Assembly: GCA_013138865.1 (NCBI GenBank)
Contig: WTBY01000033.1
Coordinates: 489 to 64,488 of the forward strand
Length of the DNA: 64,000 bases
Direction of reading: 5' to 3'
Origin: Helicobacteraceae bacterium
GTDB lineage: Bacteria; Campylobacterota; Campylobacteria; Campylobacterales; Sulfurimonadaceae
The notes below the pieces were generated by a model. That model was not told where the DNA came from and ran no database searches. It worked only from the letters and a program-made list of their open reading frames with translations. Below are positions 39,739 to 48,264 of the stretch, piece by piece (position 1 is the stretch's first letter; the number at the start of each line of letters is the position of its first letter). A program made the position numbers and the translations under genes.

Positions 39739-40626
39739 CTAAAAATCAAAAATATCATCTTCTTCATCAGTTTTTACATCTACATTTTTTTGAAACTCTG
39801 CATTTTGAGGTTTCTTTTCAATAATATTTTCACTAACAGTCATATCAGACTCTACACTCGCTACTTTAGAAAGTTTAAAGCTTATGTTAGAATTATCTAT
39901 TTTATAATCTTTTGTAATAGAGTTTCTAGATAGAACAAGATTTATTAACTTTTCACTAACCTGCTCTACATTTACTATTGTAAAATATATATCTTCTTGA
40001 GACTCTTCAACTATAACTCTAACACTCTCTTTAAGTTTTTTTATAAAAACCTCACCAATAGAGAAAATAGTACGTATAATATCACTAAGTCCATCATACT
40101 TCTCTTCTGAGTCTAGTAGATAATACTCCCAAAACTCTGAAAGAGAGTCCTCTGAAGTTATATTAAATGTCATATGACGTGAGAAAATAGCATTTGTATA
40201 ACTGTTAATATTGTCACTACTTAAACGCTTGTGACTTCTTGAGTCTAAAAGTAGCAAATAGTTTGCTAAACGACTTTGAAAAATATTTACATTTATTGGT
40301 TTTGATATATAATCTTCAGCACCATTTGCAAGTATAGTTTTTTGACGTTGTATATCATCAACAGCAGAAACAGCAATAATTATCGAAGTAGAGTTTTTAC
40401 TTCTAATTATTTTAGTAGCTTCAATACCATCAACATTAGGCATCATAATATCCATGAAAATCAGATTGTATTGTTTTTCATTTGTTTTATCAATAGCGAT
40501 CTGACCATCTTCAGCTTCATCTATATCAAAAGAGACATCATCATTCTCTTCCATATAGTCTTCTAAAAGAAGATGTAAAATCATACGGTTATTTTTGTTA
40601 TCATCAACTATTAAAATATTAATCAT
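39739..40626 (-). CDS. response regulator receiver fused to an uncharacterised roughly 165-aa C-terminal domain
   Basis: REC motifs (ILIVDDN, LIFMDIMMPNVDG, SKP). The C-terminal half has no known output motif and an acidic tail. Confidence 0.75.
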   Translation of the reverse strand: MINILIVDDNKNNRMILHLLLEDYMEENDDVSFDIDEAEDGQIAIDKTNEKQYNLIFMDIMMPNVDGIEATKIIRSKNSTSIIIAVSAVDDIQRQKTILANGAEDYISKPINVNIFQSRLANYLLLLDSRSHKRLSSDNINSYTNAIFSRHMTFNITSEDSLSEFWEYYLLDSEEKYDGLSDIIRTIFSIGEVFIKKLKESVRVIVEESQEDIYFTIVNVEQVSEKLINLVLSRNSITKDYKIDNSNISFKLSKVASVESDMTVSENIIEKKPQNAEFQKNVDVKTDEEDDIFDF

Positions 40627-40672
40627 ACCAATACCTACTTTTTTTGAATTATTTATATTTTATCAAAAGTTT

Positions 40673-41413
40673 TTAAATTCTCTCTAAAAGTTCACTTGTA
40701 AATTTTTGATAATCACGTAAACCTTTTGAGCGCTTAGGGTTAAGAACAACAGGAGAAGCCGACTCAAACATTTTAGCTAGTTTTATATCTACCCCTATTG
40801 GTGAAAATAGTTTATTTTCACCAAAAGATTTTTTCACTTTCTCTAACATTAATTTATGTTCATTTATATGTGGGTTATACATAACAGGTAAAATACCAAT
40901 TTCTGCTATATCACGACCTATTTGTGTTGCTGATTGATATATTGCTCTCATCATCTGACCAACTGCTACTACACCTAAATGATGCGGTTGAAATGGGATC
41001 ACAACTGCGTCACATACTTCTAATGAATTTTTTAACAGTGCATCAAATGTAGGAGGAGTATCAATAATACAGTAGTCAAAAAACTCAGCTATTTTTTCAT
41101 GTTTAAAGCGACTTTTTAAGACACCTCTTAAGTCTGCGTATTCATAAACATCAAAAAATTCTAATGCCGAAGAGACAGTTAATCCATCATGAATAGTTGG
41201 TTTGAAAGTTTCACTTAGAGTTTTACCTAGAAATATAGAGTGAGCGCCACACTCTTCAGATAGTTGGCATCCTACTCCCATAGAAGCATGACCTTGTGTA
41301 TCAAAGTCTATAAGTAAAACAGAACCTTTTTTAGCTAACTCAGAAGCTAAGTTTACCGCTGTTGTTGTTTTAGCTGAACCACCTTTACGGTTACTAATTA
41401 CAATGGTCTTCAC
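40673..41413 (-). CDS. ParA/MinD-family ATPase (chemosensory-array partitioning type)
   Basis: Deviant Walker A ISNRKGGSAKTTT and ParA-like Walker A'/B regions. Embedded in the che block. Confidence 0.8.
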   Translation of the reverse strand: MKTIVISNRKGGSAKTTTAVNLASELAKKGSVLLIDFDTQGHASMGVGCQLSEECGAHSIFLGKTLSETFKPTIHDGLTVSSALEFFDVYEYADLRGVLKSRFKHEKIAEFFDYCIIDTPPTFDALLKNSLEVCDAVVIPFQPHHLGVVAVGQMMRAIYQSATQIGRDIAEIGILPVMYNPHINEHKLMLEKVKKSFGENKLFSPIGVDIKLAKMFESASPVVLNPKRSKGLRDYQKFTSELLERI

Positions 41414-41663
41414 TTAAACTAAATCCTTCTAAAACTTTTTGATAAATAAGTATCTTATCAGAAAACTTATAGTTACAAACACATAACTTTTTATATGCCA
41501 TAATTTGTTGTAAAAGTGCTAAGTGAACATCTTCACATGCAGTAAAATCAAATGTGATTTCAGTAGGTGCAACTTCTAGAAGGTGATCACGAAGTGCTGG
41601 AACTTCATCTTCGTACATAACTCCATCAAAAATTACTTCATTTTCTTTAATATTCATTCCCAT
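41394..41663 (-). CDS. small acidic hypothetical protein (weakly STAS-like)
   Basis: 89-aa ORF overlapping the parA-like start by 20 nt. The segment ITFDFTACEDVHLALLQQIM faintly resembles an anti-sigma-antagonist/STAS core. Confidence 0.35.
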   Translation of the reverse strand: MGMNIKENEVIFDGVMYEDEVPALRDHLLEVAPTEITFDFTACEDVHLALLQQIMAYKKLCVCNYKFSDKILIYQKVLEGFSLSEDHCN

Positions 41664-41678
41664 TTTTAATCCTTTATG

Positions 41679-42452
41679 TTAACTATTTTCTGGTAATTCA
41701 ACTGATTTAATTATATTTACTAAATAGTTGTCAAGGTCTATAATACCTTCAAGTTCTAAAAATTTACTCACTTTATTACTCTCTTTTCTCTCTTTTATAC
41801 TTGAAGGATCAATATGAGCGATATCTACAATAGAGTCAACTTTAATTGCGAAAGTTCCTTTTTCACTACCTTGATAGATAAGTAGTTTTTGTAAAGACGC
41901 GGCAACTATGTCAAATTCTGCTATAAAAGTATCGATAGCACCCATTGTATGGTTATAAATTTCATATACTTCAGTCTCAACTTTTTTTATTGCTGCTTCT
42001 TGATCTACTTCTAAAAGTTCTAATATTTCAACAGCAGACGTATGAAGTGTTTTATGATAAGTATTAAGCTCTTTTAATATTTCACTTACATGCTCATCAT
42101 ACGATGTAAAACCATCTAACCATTTACCAAGTTCACATATATGAGGATTTGTAGTTTTATTAAAAGTGACTTTTTTAGTAACACTCATTTTTAGTGCTTC
42201 TACCCACTCTGTATGTTGAATTTTAAGTTTATCAAATAGAACTTTCAACTCACTCCCATAAGTAGGTAAGTTTATCATTTCACGAAAACCAACAACTTTT
42301 ATTACATTATCTTCATATGACATCATACCCTCTACAAGAGGGTGTGAATTAGGTATATCTGTAAGAATAGGTGCTTGTATAATTCTTTGGATATTTTCTA
42401 TACTAACAGCATACCTATTATTTTGTACTGCAAAAATCATTAAATCTTTCAT
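41679..42452 (-). CDS. CheW-like coupling protein with an internal CZB (chemoreceptor zinc-binding) domain
   Basis: CheW N-half (residues 1-70) and C-half (about 189-257) flank a CZB motif set: H80-x2-W, H104-x-C106-x-LGKW, H133-x3-H137. Confidence 0.8.
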   Translation of the reverse strand: MKDLMIFAVQNNRYAVSIENIQRIIQAPILTDIPNSHPLVEGMMSYEDNVIKVVGFREMINLPTYGSELKVLFDKLKIQHTEWVEALKMSVTKKVTFNKTTNPHICELGKWLDGFTSYDEHVSEILKELNTYHKTLHTSAVEILELLEVDQEAAIKKVETEVYEIYNHTMGAIDTFIAEFDIVAASLQKLLIYQGSEKGTFAIKVDSIVDIAHIDPSSIKERKESNKVSKFLELEGIIDLDNYLVNIIKSVELPENS

Positions 42453-42453
42453 A

Positions 42454-43221
42454 CTATTCTCCTATATTAATTTTATCTATTACACTACGAAGAACTTTTT
42501 GATGTTCTAAAACACCAACAATATTCATCTGTTTATTAGTTCTTCTTAAACGATCATCTGACTGAATAATAGAGCTATCAGTGTGTAATATATCATCTAT
42601 TTTATCAACAATTAAACCAAAAAGTTTATCTCCATTTCTCAATACTAAAAGTTTTTGCATTTCCTTAGATATATTTAAAGTCAAATTAGAAAGCTCATCT
42701 ATATATGAACATGTAGTTTTAAAAAGGGGTTTAACATTTAGCTCAAGTTCCTCAAGTGCTTTTTCTAAACTCTCTTTTCTAGCCTTAACAACTTCAATAC
42801 CACTCTCATGAAAATGGTTATGTGCTTGAACTAATTTTCTTAGTGTAGGTGCAACTTCTGAGTCAAAAGTGTGAAAAGAATCTAACCATTTCCCTAGTTG
42901 ACACATATGAGGATCAAAAGATTTAGTAAATTTTGTGTTATTTTCAACACTTAATTTAAGCTCGTTAAGCCATATAACATGTTGCTCTTTTAGAGAAAGG
43001 AATAGATCTTTTAAGTCATCAGAGTAAGCCGTTAAGTTAACCATTTTTCTAAAAGAGGCTACATTTATAACATTATCTTCAAAGCTCATCATACCTTCTA
43101 CTACAGAGTTAGGTTTGTTATTCTGTTCAAATTTTTCTAACATTATAATTCTATGCACTTGGTCTAGAGGAAGTGCATAATTTAACTTACCTACTGTAAA
43201 AAGTATATAACTTGTTTGCAT
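42454..43221 (-). CDS. CheW-like coupling protein with an internal CZB domain (paralog)
   Basis: Same split architecture: H81-x2-W, H105-x-C107-x-LGKW, H134/H136/H138. CheW-like sequence lies on both sides. Confidence 0.8.
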   Translation of the reverse strand: MQTSYILFTVGKLNYALPLDQVHRIIMLEKFEQNNKPNSVVEGMMSFEDNVINVASFRKMVNLTAYSDDLKDLFLSLKEQHVIWLNELKLSVENNTKFTKSFDPHMCQLGKWLDSFHTFDSEVAPTLRKLVQAHNHFHESGIEVVKARKESLEKALEELELNVKPLFKTTCSYIDELSNLTLNISKEMQKLLVLRNGDKLFGLIVDKIDDILHTDSSIIQSDDRLRRTNKQMNIVGVLEHQKVLRSVIDKINIGE

Positions 43222-43226
43222 ATATA

Positions 43227-46025
43227 TTAACCTACTTTAGCTTCCATCTCATCTTTTAGTTGATGAGCAATACCTAAAATACCTAAAGGATCAATTGCTA
43301 AAATAATTTGTCCATTACCAAGAAGTGCAGTACCACTAAAGATCTGATGACCTTCCATAACACCCTCAAGTGGTTTTTGAACAACGTCTAGTTGACCTAA
43401 GAACTCATTAACTACGATCGCAATTAAGTTACCTTTTACTTCAAGAACAACTACAGATAGAGCTTCATCATCTAAAGCATCTTCGTTAAGCATAGACTTA
43501 ATAAATAGTAGAGGAATAACTTCTCCACGAAGATATACAAAAGCTTCATTATGTAAATACTCTATTTCACTTCTTGCGATTTTTACAGTCTCATTTACGT
43601 TATCCATAGGAATACCATAGTGAATATCATTCATAAAAATATGTAAAAGTGAAGTAACAGCAAGTGAAACAGGAATAGCTAACGTAATTGTAGTACCTTG
43701 GTTTGGAACTGTAACAATATTAATAGTTCCACCAAAACCTTCAATTGACTTTTTAACAACATCCATACCAACACCACGACCACTAAACTCACTAATTTCA
43801 TCAGCAGTTGAGAGACCAGGAAGAAGAACTAACTCAGCTTTTTCATTGTCACTAAGAGCGTCAATTTGCTCCATAGTCATAAGTCCAGCATCAATAACTT
43901 TAGAAATCACTTTAGTTGTATTAATACCAGCACCATCATCTTTGATCTCGATAATAATTTTATCAGACTGCGCAAATGCTCTTAAATCAACATTACCTTC
44001 TGCTGTTTTGCCTTTATCTGTTCTTGTTTCAGGATCTTCTATACCATGATCAAGAGAGTTTCTCATAATATGAATCATTGGATCAGCTAACATTTCGATC
44101 ATATTTTTATCTAATTTAGTCTCTCCACCATCCATACTTAGGTTTACTTTTTTACCAAGTTTTTTAGAGATGTCACGAACAAGTTTAGGATAGCGATCGA
44201 AAACATAAGAGATCGGAAGCATACGCATAGACATAATAAGGTCTTGTAGTTGTTCTGATAGACGGTTTATAAAAGTATATTTTTCCATAATTCCGCGTGA
44301 GATCATCTCTTTAGACATATCATCAACACCCTCAGCTAAATAAGGTAGTGAGTTTTTAGCAACAAGTAGTTCTCCAACGATATTCATTAAGTTGTCAATT
44401 GACTCTTGATCAATTTTAACTGTTTTTCCAACAACAGCTTTAGCTTTAGCTGGTGCAGTTTTTTTAGCATCATCTTTTGGCTCAGGAGTAGGTGTTGCTT
44501 TAACAGTTTTCACAACTGGTTCAGGTGTAACTTCTTTTACAACTTCTGGTGCTTTTACTGCAGGTATAGGTGTAGTTTTAACAACTTTAACAACTGGTGT
44601 AGCTACAACTTCTTTAACAGCTTCTACTACTGGAGCAGATTCACTTTCAAGGCCAAGTTGAGATTTAATCCAAGAGATAGTCTCTTCTGTTGAGTTAAAA
44701 GTTGCAGGCATATTAGCGTAGTACTTACGAGTAAGTTCAAGTATAGCTACAACACGAGGTAATAAAGTATCATCACCTTGCATAGTCTCTAATGCTAATA
44801 GTTGTTGCTCTAAAATAATTTGTAAATTAGTTTCAATATGCTCATCTACAACTACTATTTCAGTAGCAGGTACTTCTTCTTTAACTATTTCAACTGGAGT
44901 AGGTGTATCTTTGCTAACTTCAGTTGTAGCAGGTGAAGTAGCTACAATGCCATCAGCACTATAAGCAGTTCCTAAATCTAGTGTACTAAAGAATGCATTT
45001 AATTCAGCAAAGTCTTCATCTTTTATAGAGTCCATAATCATTAAGAATCTATTTAATTGTGCATATTGAATAGTCTCTTGACCTATTAAAGGTAAAGTTT
45101 TTTCAATTTCTGCTTTCAAAGAAGCTTTATCGCTGGAAGCTAAAAAGCCAGATACGGTTGCATTTAACTCTTTTAAAACATCAAGTTGTAAGTCATGTTC
45201 ACCACTATCAATTTCAAGAAGTGCAGTAGACGAAAGAGGTGAAATTTTAATCTCATCTAAGAAGTTAAATAATGATTCTTCTATTTCATCATAAGTACCA
45301 TACACAACAGCAGTAATTTGACAACGAAGTAAAAGCCCTTCTTCATCTTCACCACTTAAAAGACCTTTAGCACAAGTTTCACTCATACATACGTGAATAT
45401 CTATAACAGCATCACCTAAAAGCGAAAGTGTATATATTGGATCATTACCATAAACCATACTAGACTCATCAATATCAAAAATAATACCATAAAGTCTAGG
45501 TTGAGCAAATGCTGTCTCATCCATTTCAGGTGTAGTTAGTTCTAGTTTATTACTGTTGCGATTAAGTGCAGTAAATGGTAAGTTAACAATTTCAGCAGGT
45601 GACTCTAACATTGCAAATGGTGCTTCCCATGCATCAGCTTCATTACTTTTTCCCATAGATGCACGAAGTTCAGATACGATCTGTTCAACTGTCTCAGGAT
45701 CAGAATCAACGATATCTTCAGTCTCTTCAGCTGCCTCAACAAGGTTTAAAACTTCATCAAAAGCATTAAATAGTGACTCTGTCATAGACTCTTGAAACTC
45801 TATTTGACCTGATCTTAAAAGATCAAGAAGATCTTCAGCATGGTGAGTGATCTCTTTTACAGATTCAAAACCAACAATACCACTACCACCTTTAAGTGTA
45901 TGAGCCGCACGAAAGACCGAGTTTAGAAGTTCTGGATCATCTCCACCAATTGCTTCTATATTTTGATCAATAAAAGCTAAGTTTTCTCTGGCTTCTTGTA
46001 AAAACTGTTCTAATAATGGATTCAT
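43227..46025 (-). CDS. cheA: chemotaxis histidine kinase CheA (long form, no receiver)
   Basis: Hpt AAHTLKGGSG, dimerisation/HATPase boxes (HIMRNSLDHGIE, DDGAGI, GRGVGMD) and a C-terminal CheW-like P5. About 430 aa between Hpt and the kinase core are unassigned, including a Pro/Val/Lys-rich stretch. Confidence 0.95.
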   Translation of the reverse strand: MNPLLEQFLQEARENLAFIDQNIEAIGGDDPELLNSVFRAAHTLKGGSGIVGFESVKEITHHAEDLLDLLRSGQIEFQESMTESLFNAFDEVLNLVEAAEETEDIVDSDPETVEQIVSELRASMGKSNEADAWEAPFAMLESPAEIVNLPFTALNRNSNKLELTTPEMDETAFAQPRLYGIIFDIDESSMVYGNDPIYTLSLLGDAVIDIHVCMSETCAKGLLSGEDEEGLLLRCQITAVVYGTYDEIEESLFNFLDEIKISPLSSTALLEIDSGEHDLQLDVLKELNATVSGFLASSDKASLKAEIEKTLPLIGQETIQYAQLNRFLMIMDSIKDEDFAELNAFFSTLDLGTAYSADGIVATSPATTEVSKDTPTPVEIVKEEVPATEIVVVDEHIETNLQIILEQQLLALETMQGDDTLLPRVVAILELTRKYYANMPATFNSTEETISWIKSQLGLESESAPVVEAVKEVVATPVVKVVKTTPIPAVKAPEVVKEVTPEPVVKTVKATPTPEPKDDAKKTAPAKAKAVVGKTVKIDQESIDNLMNIVGELLVAKNSLPYLAEGVDDMSKEMISRGIMEKYTFINRLSEQLQDLIMSMRMLPISYVFDRYPKLVRDISKKLGKKVNLSMDGGETKLDKNMIEMLADPMIHIMRNSLDHGIEDPETRTDKGKTAEGNVDLRAFAQSDKIIIEIKDDGAGINTTKVISKVIDAGLMTMEQIDALSDNEKAELVLLPGLSTADEISEFSGRGVGMDVVKKSIEGFGGTINIVTVPNQGTTITLAIPVSLAVTSLLHIFMNDIHYGIPMDNVNETVKIARSEIEYLHNEAFVYLRGEVIPLLFIKSMLNEDALDDEALSVVVLEVKGNLIAIVVNEFLGQLDVVQKPLEGVMEGHQIFSGTALLGNGQIILAIDPLGILGIAHQLKDEMEAKVG

Positions 46026-46034
46026 TTAAACTCC

Positions 46035-46403
46035 CTATCGTTTCAATAAAATTTCTATATAAGCTTTAAGTTGATCAGGCTTAATAGGTTTTGTTTCAAA
46101 TAAGTTTGCACCTACTCTATACGCTTCTAATTTATCACTCTCTTTAGCTTGAGTTGTAATCATAATAACCGGAGTTAATTTATATTTAGGTTGTTTACGT
46201 AACTCTAAGACAAAAGAGTAACCATCCATTACAGGCATATTAACATCAACCAAATATAAAGATACATCGTTATCTAAACTACGTTCTAACGCTTCCATTC
46301 CATTTTCAGCTTCAACGATATCAATACCAATTTCACCTAAAATTGCACCATGATAACTTCTTACAGTTTTTGAATCATCTACTACCATAATTTTTGACAT
46401 CAT
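46035..46403 (-). CDS. cheY: CheY-like single-domain response regulator
   Basis: 122-aa REC (VVDDS, LVDVNMPVMDG, TKP). Confidence 0.85.
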   Translation of the reverse strand: MMSKIMVVDDSKTVRSYHGAILGEIGIDIVEAENGMEALERSLDNDVSLYLVDVNMPVMDGYSFVLELRKQPKYKLTPVIMITTQAKESDKLEAYRVGANLFETKPIKPDQLKAYIEILLKR

Positions 46404-46408
46404 ATCTC

Positions 46409-46780
46409 CTAACGTAAACGCAATACTCTAGTTATTGCTTGTTCTAATTGCTCTGGATTAAATGGTTTAACAATCCAACCAGTAAGACCTAACTCTTTTC
46501 CTTGCTTTTTCAACTCATCTTTTGTTTCAGTTGTAAGCATTAATACAGGAGTCCTCGAAGTAACTTCTAACTTACGAAGCTCAATCATAAACTCAAAACC
46601 ATTCATAACTGGCATATTTAAGTCAGTTATAATAAGGTCTGGTTTTACACCTGCATTAAGATCAGCAAGTGCTGCTTGTGCTTCACTATACTGTTTTACA
46701 TCTATTGGCATTGAATTTGTGATCATACGTGTTGAAGCTAATGCTGTTTCACTATCATCTACAAAAATTACTAATGGCAT
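46409..46780 (-). CDS. cheY: CheY-like single-domain response regulator (second copy)
   Basis: 123-aa REC (FVDDS, IITDLNMPVMNG, VKP). Confidence 0.85.
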   Translation of the reverse strand: MPLVIFVDDSETALASTRMITNSMPIDVKQYSEAQAALADLNAGVKPDLIITDLNMPVMNGFEFMIELRKLEVTSRTPVLMLTTETKDELKKQGKELGLTGWIVKPFNPEQLEQAITRVLRLR

Positions 46781-46792
46781 AAAATTCTCCTA

Positions 46793-47623
46793 TTATTTCT
46801 GGTACACTAAAGTGTCACCAATTTTTTTAGCTTTATAAACTGAAACAATTCTACTCATATACTCAGCATGTCCTAAAAGTACATATCCATCTGGATTTAA
46901 CAGATCGTAAAATGTCATTGCAACCTCTTTACGTGAAGCATCATCAAAATAGATAAGCATATTTCTAGAGAAAATAACATCAAACTTACCAAGTTTTCTA
47001 ACATCTGTCTTATCAAAAATATTACATACTTTAAAGTCAACAGTACCTATTAGATCATCTATAAGTTTGTACCCAAACTGTTTTTTATCAAAGTAAGCTG
47101 ATAGAACTTTTTTTGGTATTGCATGAACAGCGCGATCAGAATAGTTTGCTTTTTTTGCTTTTTCAATTACAGTAGAATCAATATCTATACCAACTATTTC
47201 TATATCTCTCTCTTCTATAAGTTTAGCTTCTTCAAGAAGATGTAAGATCATAGAATATGGCTCTTCACCCGTAGAGCTTGGTGCAGAAAGAATTCTTAAA
47301 ATTTCTCCAGCTGGTTTTGAAGCATGAATTTCAGGTAAAATATGGTTAACTAAAACTTCAAACTGATTAACTTCACGATAAAAATATGTTTCATTTACAG
47401 TTACCGCATTCATTAACTCTTGAAATTCTAGCCCATCAGCATCATCAAAACGAAGTTTATAAAAATATTTTCTAAAACTATCAAACTCTAATTCAGTACA
47501 ACGAGATGACATATATTTTACTAACTTATCAAAATGCTTATCTACTTCTAGGTAGATTCCACTTTTTCTATATATATATTCACTAAGTTTATTAAAATTC
47601 TCTTCTGATAACACGACTGACAT
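46793..47623 (-). CDS. cheR: chemotaxis protein methyltransferase CheR
   Basis: N-terminal helical domain plus SAM-binding motif ILSAPSSTGEEPYS and FSRNMLIYFD. Confidence 0.9.
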   Translation of the reverse strand: MSVVLSEENFNKLSEYIYRKSGIYLEVDKHFDKLVKYMSSRCTELEFDSFRKYFYKLRFDDADGLEFQELMNAVTVNETYFYREVNQFEVLVNHILPEIHASKPAGEILRILSAPSSTGEEPYSMILHLLEEAKLIEERDIEIVGIDIDSTVIEKAKKANYSDRAVHAIPKKVLSAYFDKKQFGYKLIDDLIGTVDFKVCNIFDKTDVRKLGKFDVIFSRNMLIYFDDASRKEVAMTFYDLLNPDGYVLLGHAEYMSRIVSVYKAKKIGDTLVYQK

Positions 47624-47624
47624 A

Positions 47625-48251
47625 TTAGTTATCCTTAATAGCTTTGATAGCTTTATCTACACCAAAAGAGACATAAGCATCATCATGGAACCTAGTTTTA
47701 AGATCTTCTAATAATGGAATATCTTCTTCTTCACCTATTTCACCTAAATAATCAACGGCCGTCATTGCAACATTTATATCTTCTTCACTGTCTAAAAGCT
47801 CCACTAGCATATCACGTGACTCTGCAAAGTTAACATCACCAAGAACATTAATAGCAAAAATTCTAAGATCACGATCATCACCTATTAAAAACTTAACTAT
47901 ATAGTATTTAATTGAGTCACCAAAATCTTGTAACATACAAATACCTAAATTTCTAACATAAGCGTCATCTAGTTTCAAAAGGTCCATAATAGACTCTATC
48001 GGAGCAGTTTTACCATCCATTTTAGAGATAGCAGCAGCTATATGAGCCTCAACATTTTTTTCAGTCTCTTCTTCAACTAGTTTAGAAATTAAAAGTTTTG
48101 GACCCTCATTAAATGTCATCATTTGATCAACAGCATGAACACTATGATCAAAATTTATGGAGTTTTCAAAATATTCATCAGCTTCTTCTAAAGAGTCAAA
48201 TGTTGGTAACTCTTCTATAACTTGAGCTGTATGTTTTTTAACTAATGCCAT
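47625..48251 (-). CDS. HEAT-repeat (PBS-lyase-like) protein
   Basis: At least three HEAT-like units (DAYVRNLGICMLQDFGD, DRDLRIFAINVLGDV, DINVAMTAVDYLGEIG). Confidence 0.65.
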   Translation of the reverse strand: MALVKKHTAQVIEELPTFDSLEEADEYFENSINFDHSVHAVDQMMTFNEGPKLLISKLVEEETEKNVEAHIAAAISKMDGKTAPIESIMDLLKLDDAYVRNLGICMLQDFGDSIKYYIVKFLIGDDRDLRIFAINVLGDVNFAESRDMLVELLDSEEDINVAMTAVDYLGEIGEEEDIPLLEDLKTRFHDDAYVSFGVDKAIKAIKDN

Positions 48252-48264
48252 AATATCTCCTTAC

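Noticed and set aside
38152-41663. Reading ParA plus the 283-aa wHTH-like protein as an integrated plasmid or prophage remnant
   Set aside because: No ParB, integrase, relaxase, phage structural gene, flanking direct repeat or tRNA target is visible. The genes are packed in line with the che genes. I keep this as an alternative in the relevant findings rather than calling a mobile element.
44406-44693. 95-aa ORF with repetitive Phe/Asn/Cys/Trp translation, and the repetitive DNA beneath it
   Set aside because: It is antisense to the Pro/Val/Lys-rich spacer of CheA. The periodicity comes from that low-complexity coding region, not from a CRISPR array or an independent repeat element.
46035-46780. 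The two adjacent CheY genes as a recent tandem duplication
   Set aside because: The two proteins share only the generic receiver motifs. I saw no extended nucleotide identity, so they look like distinct, long-diverged paralogs.
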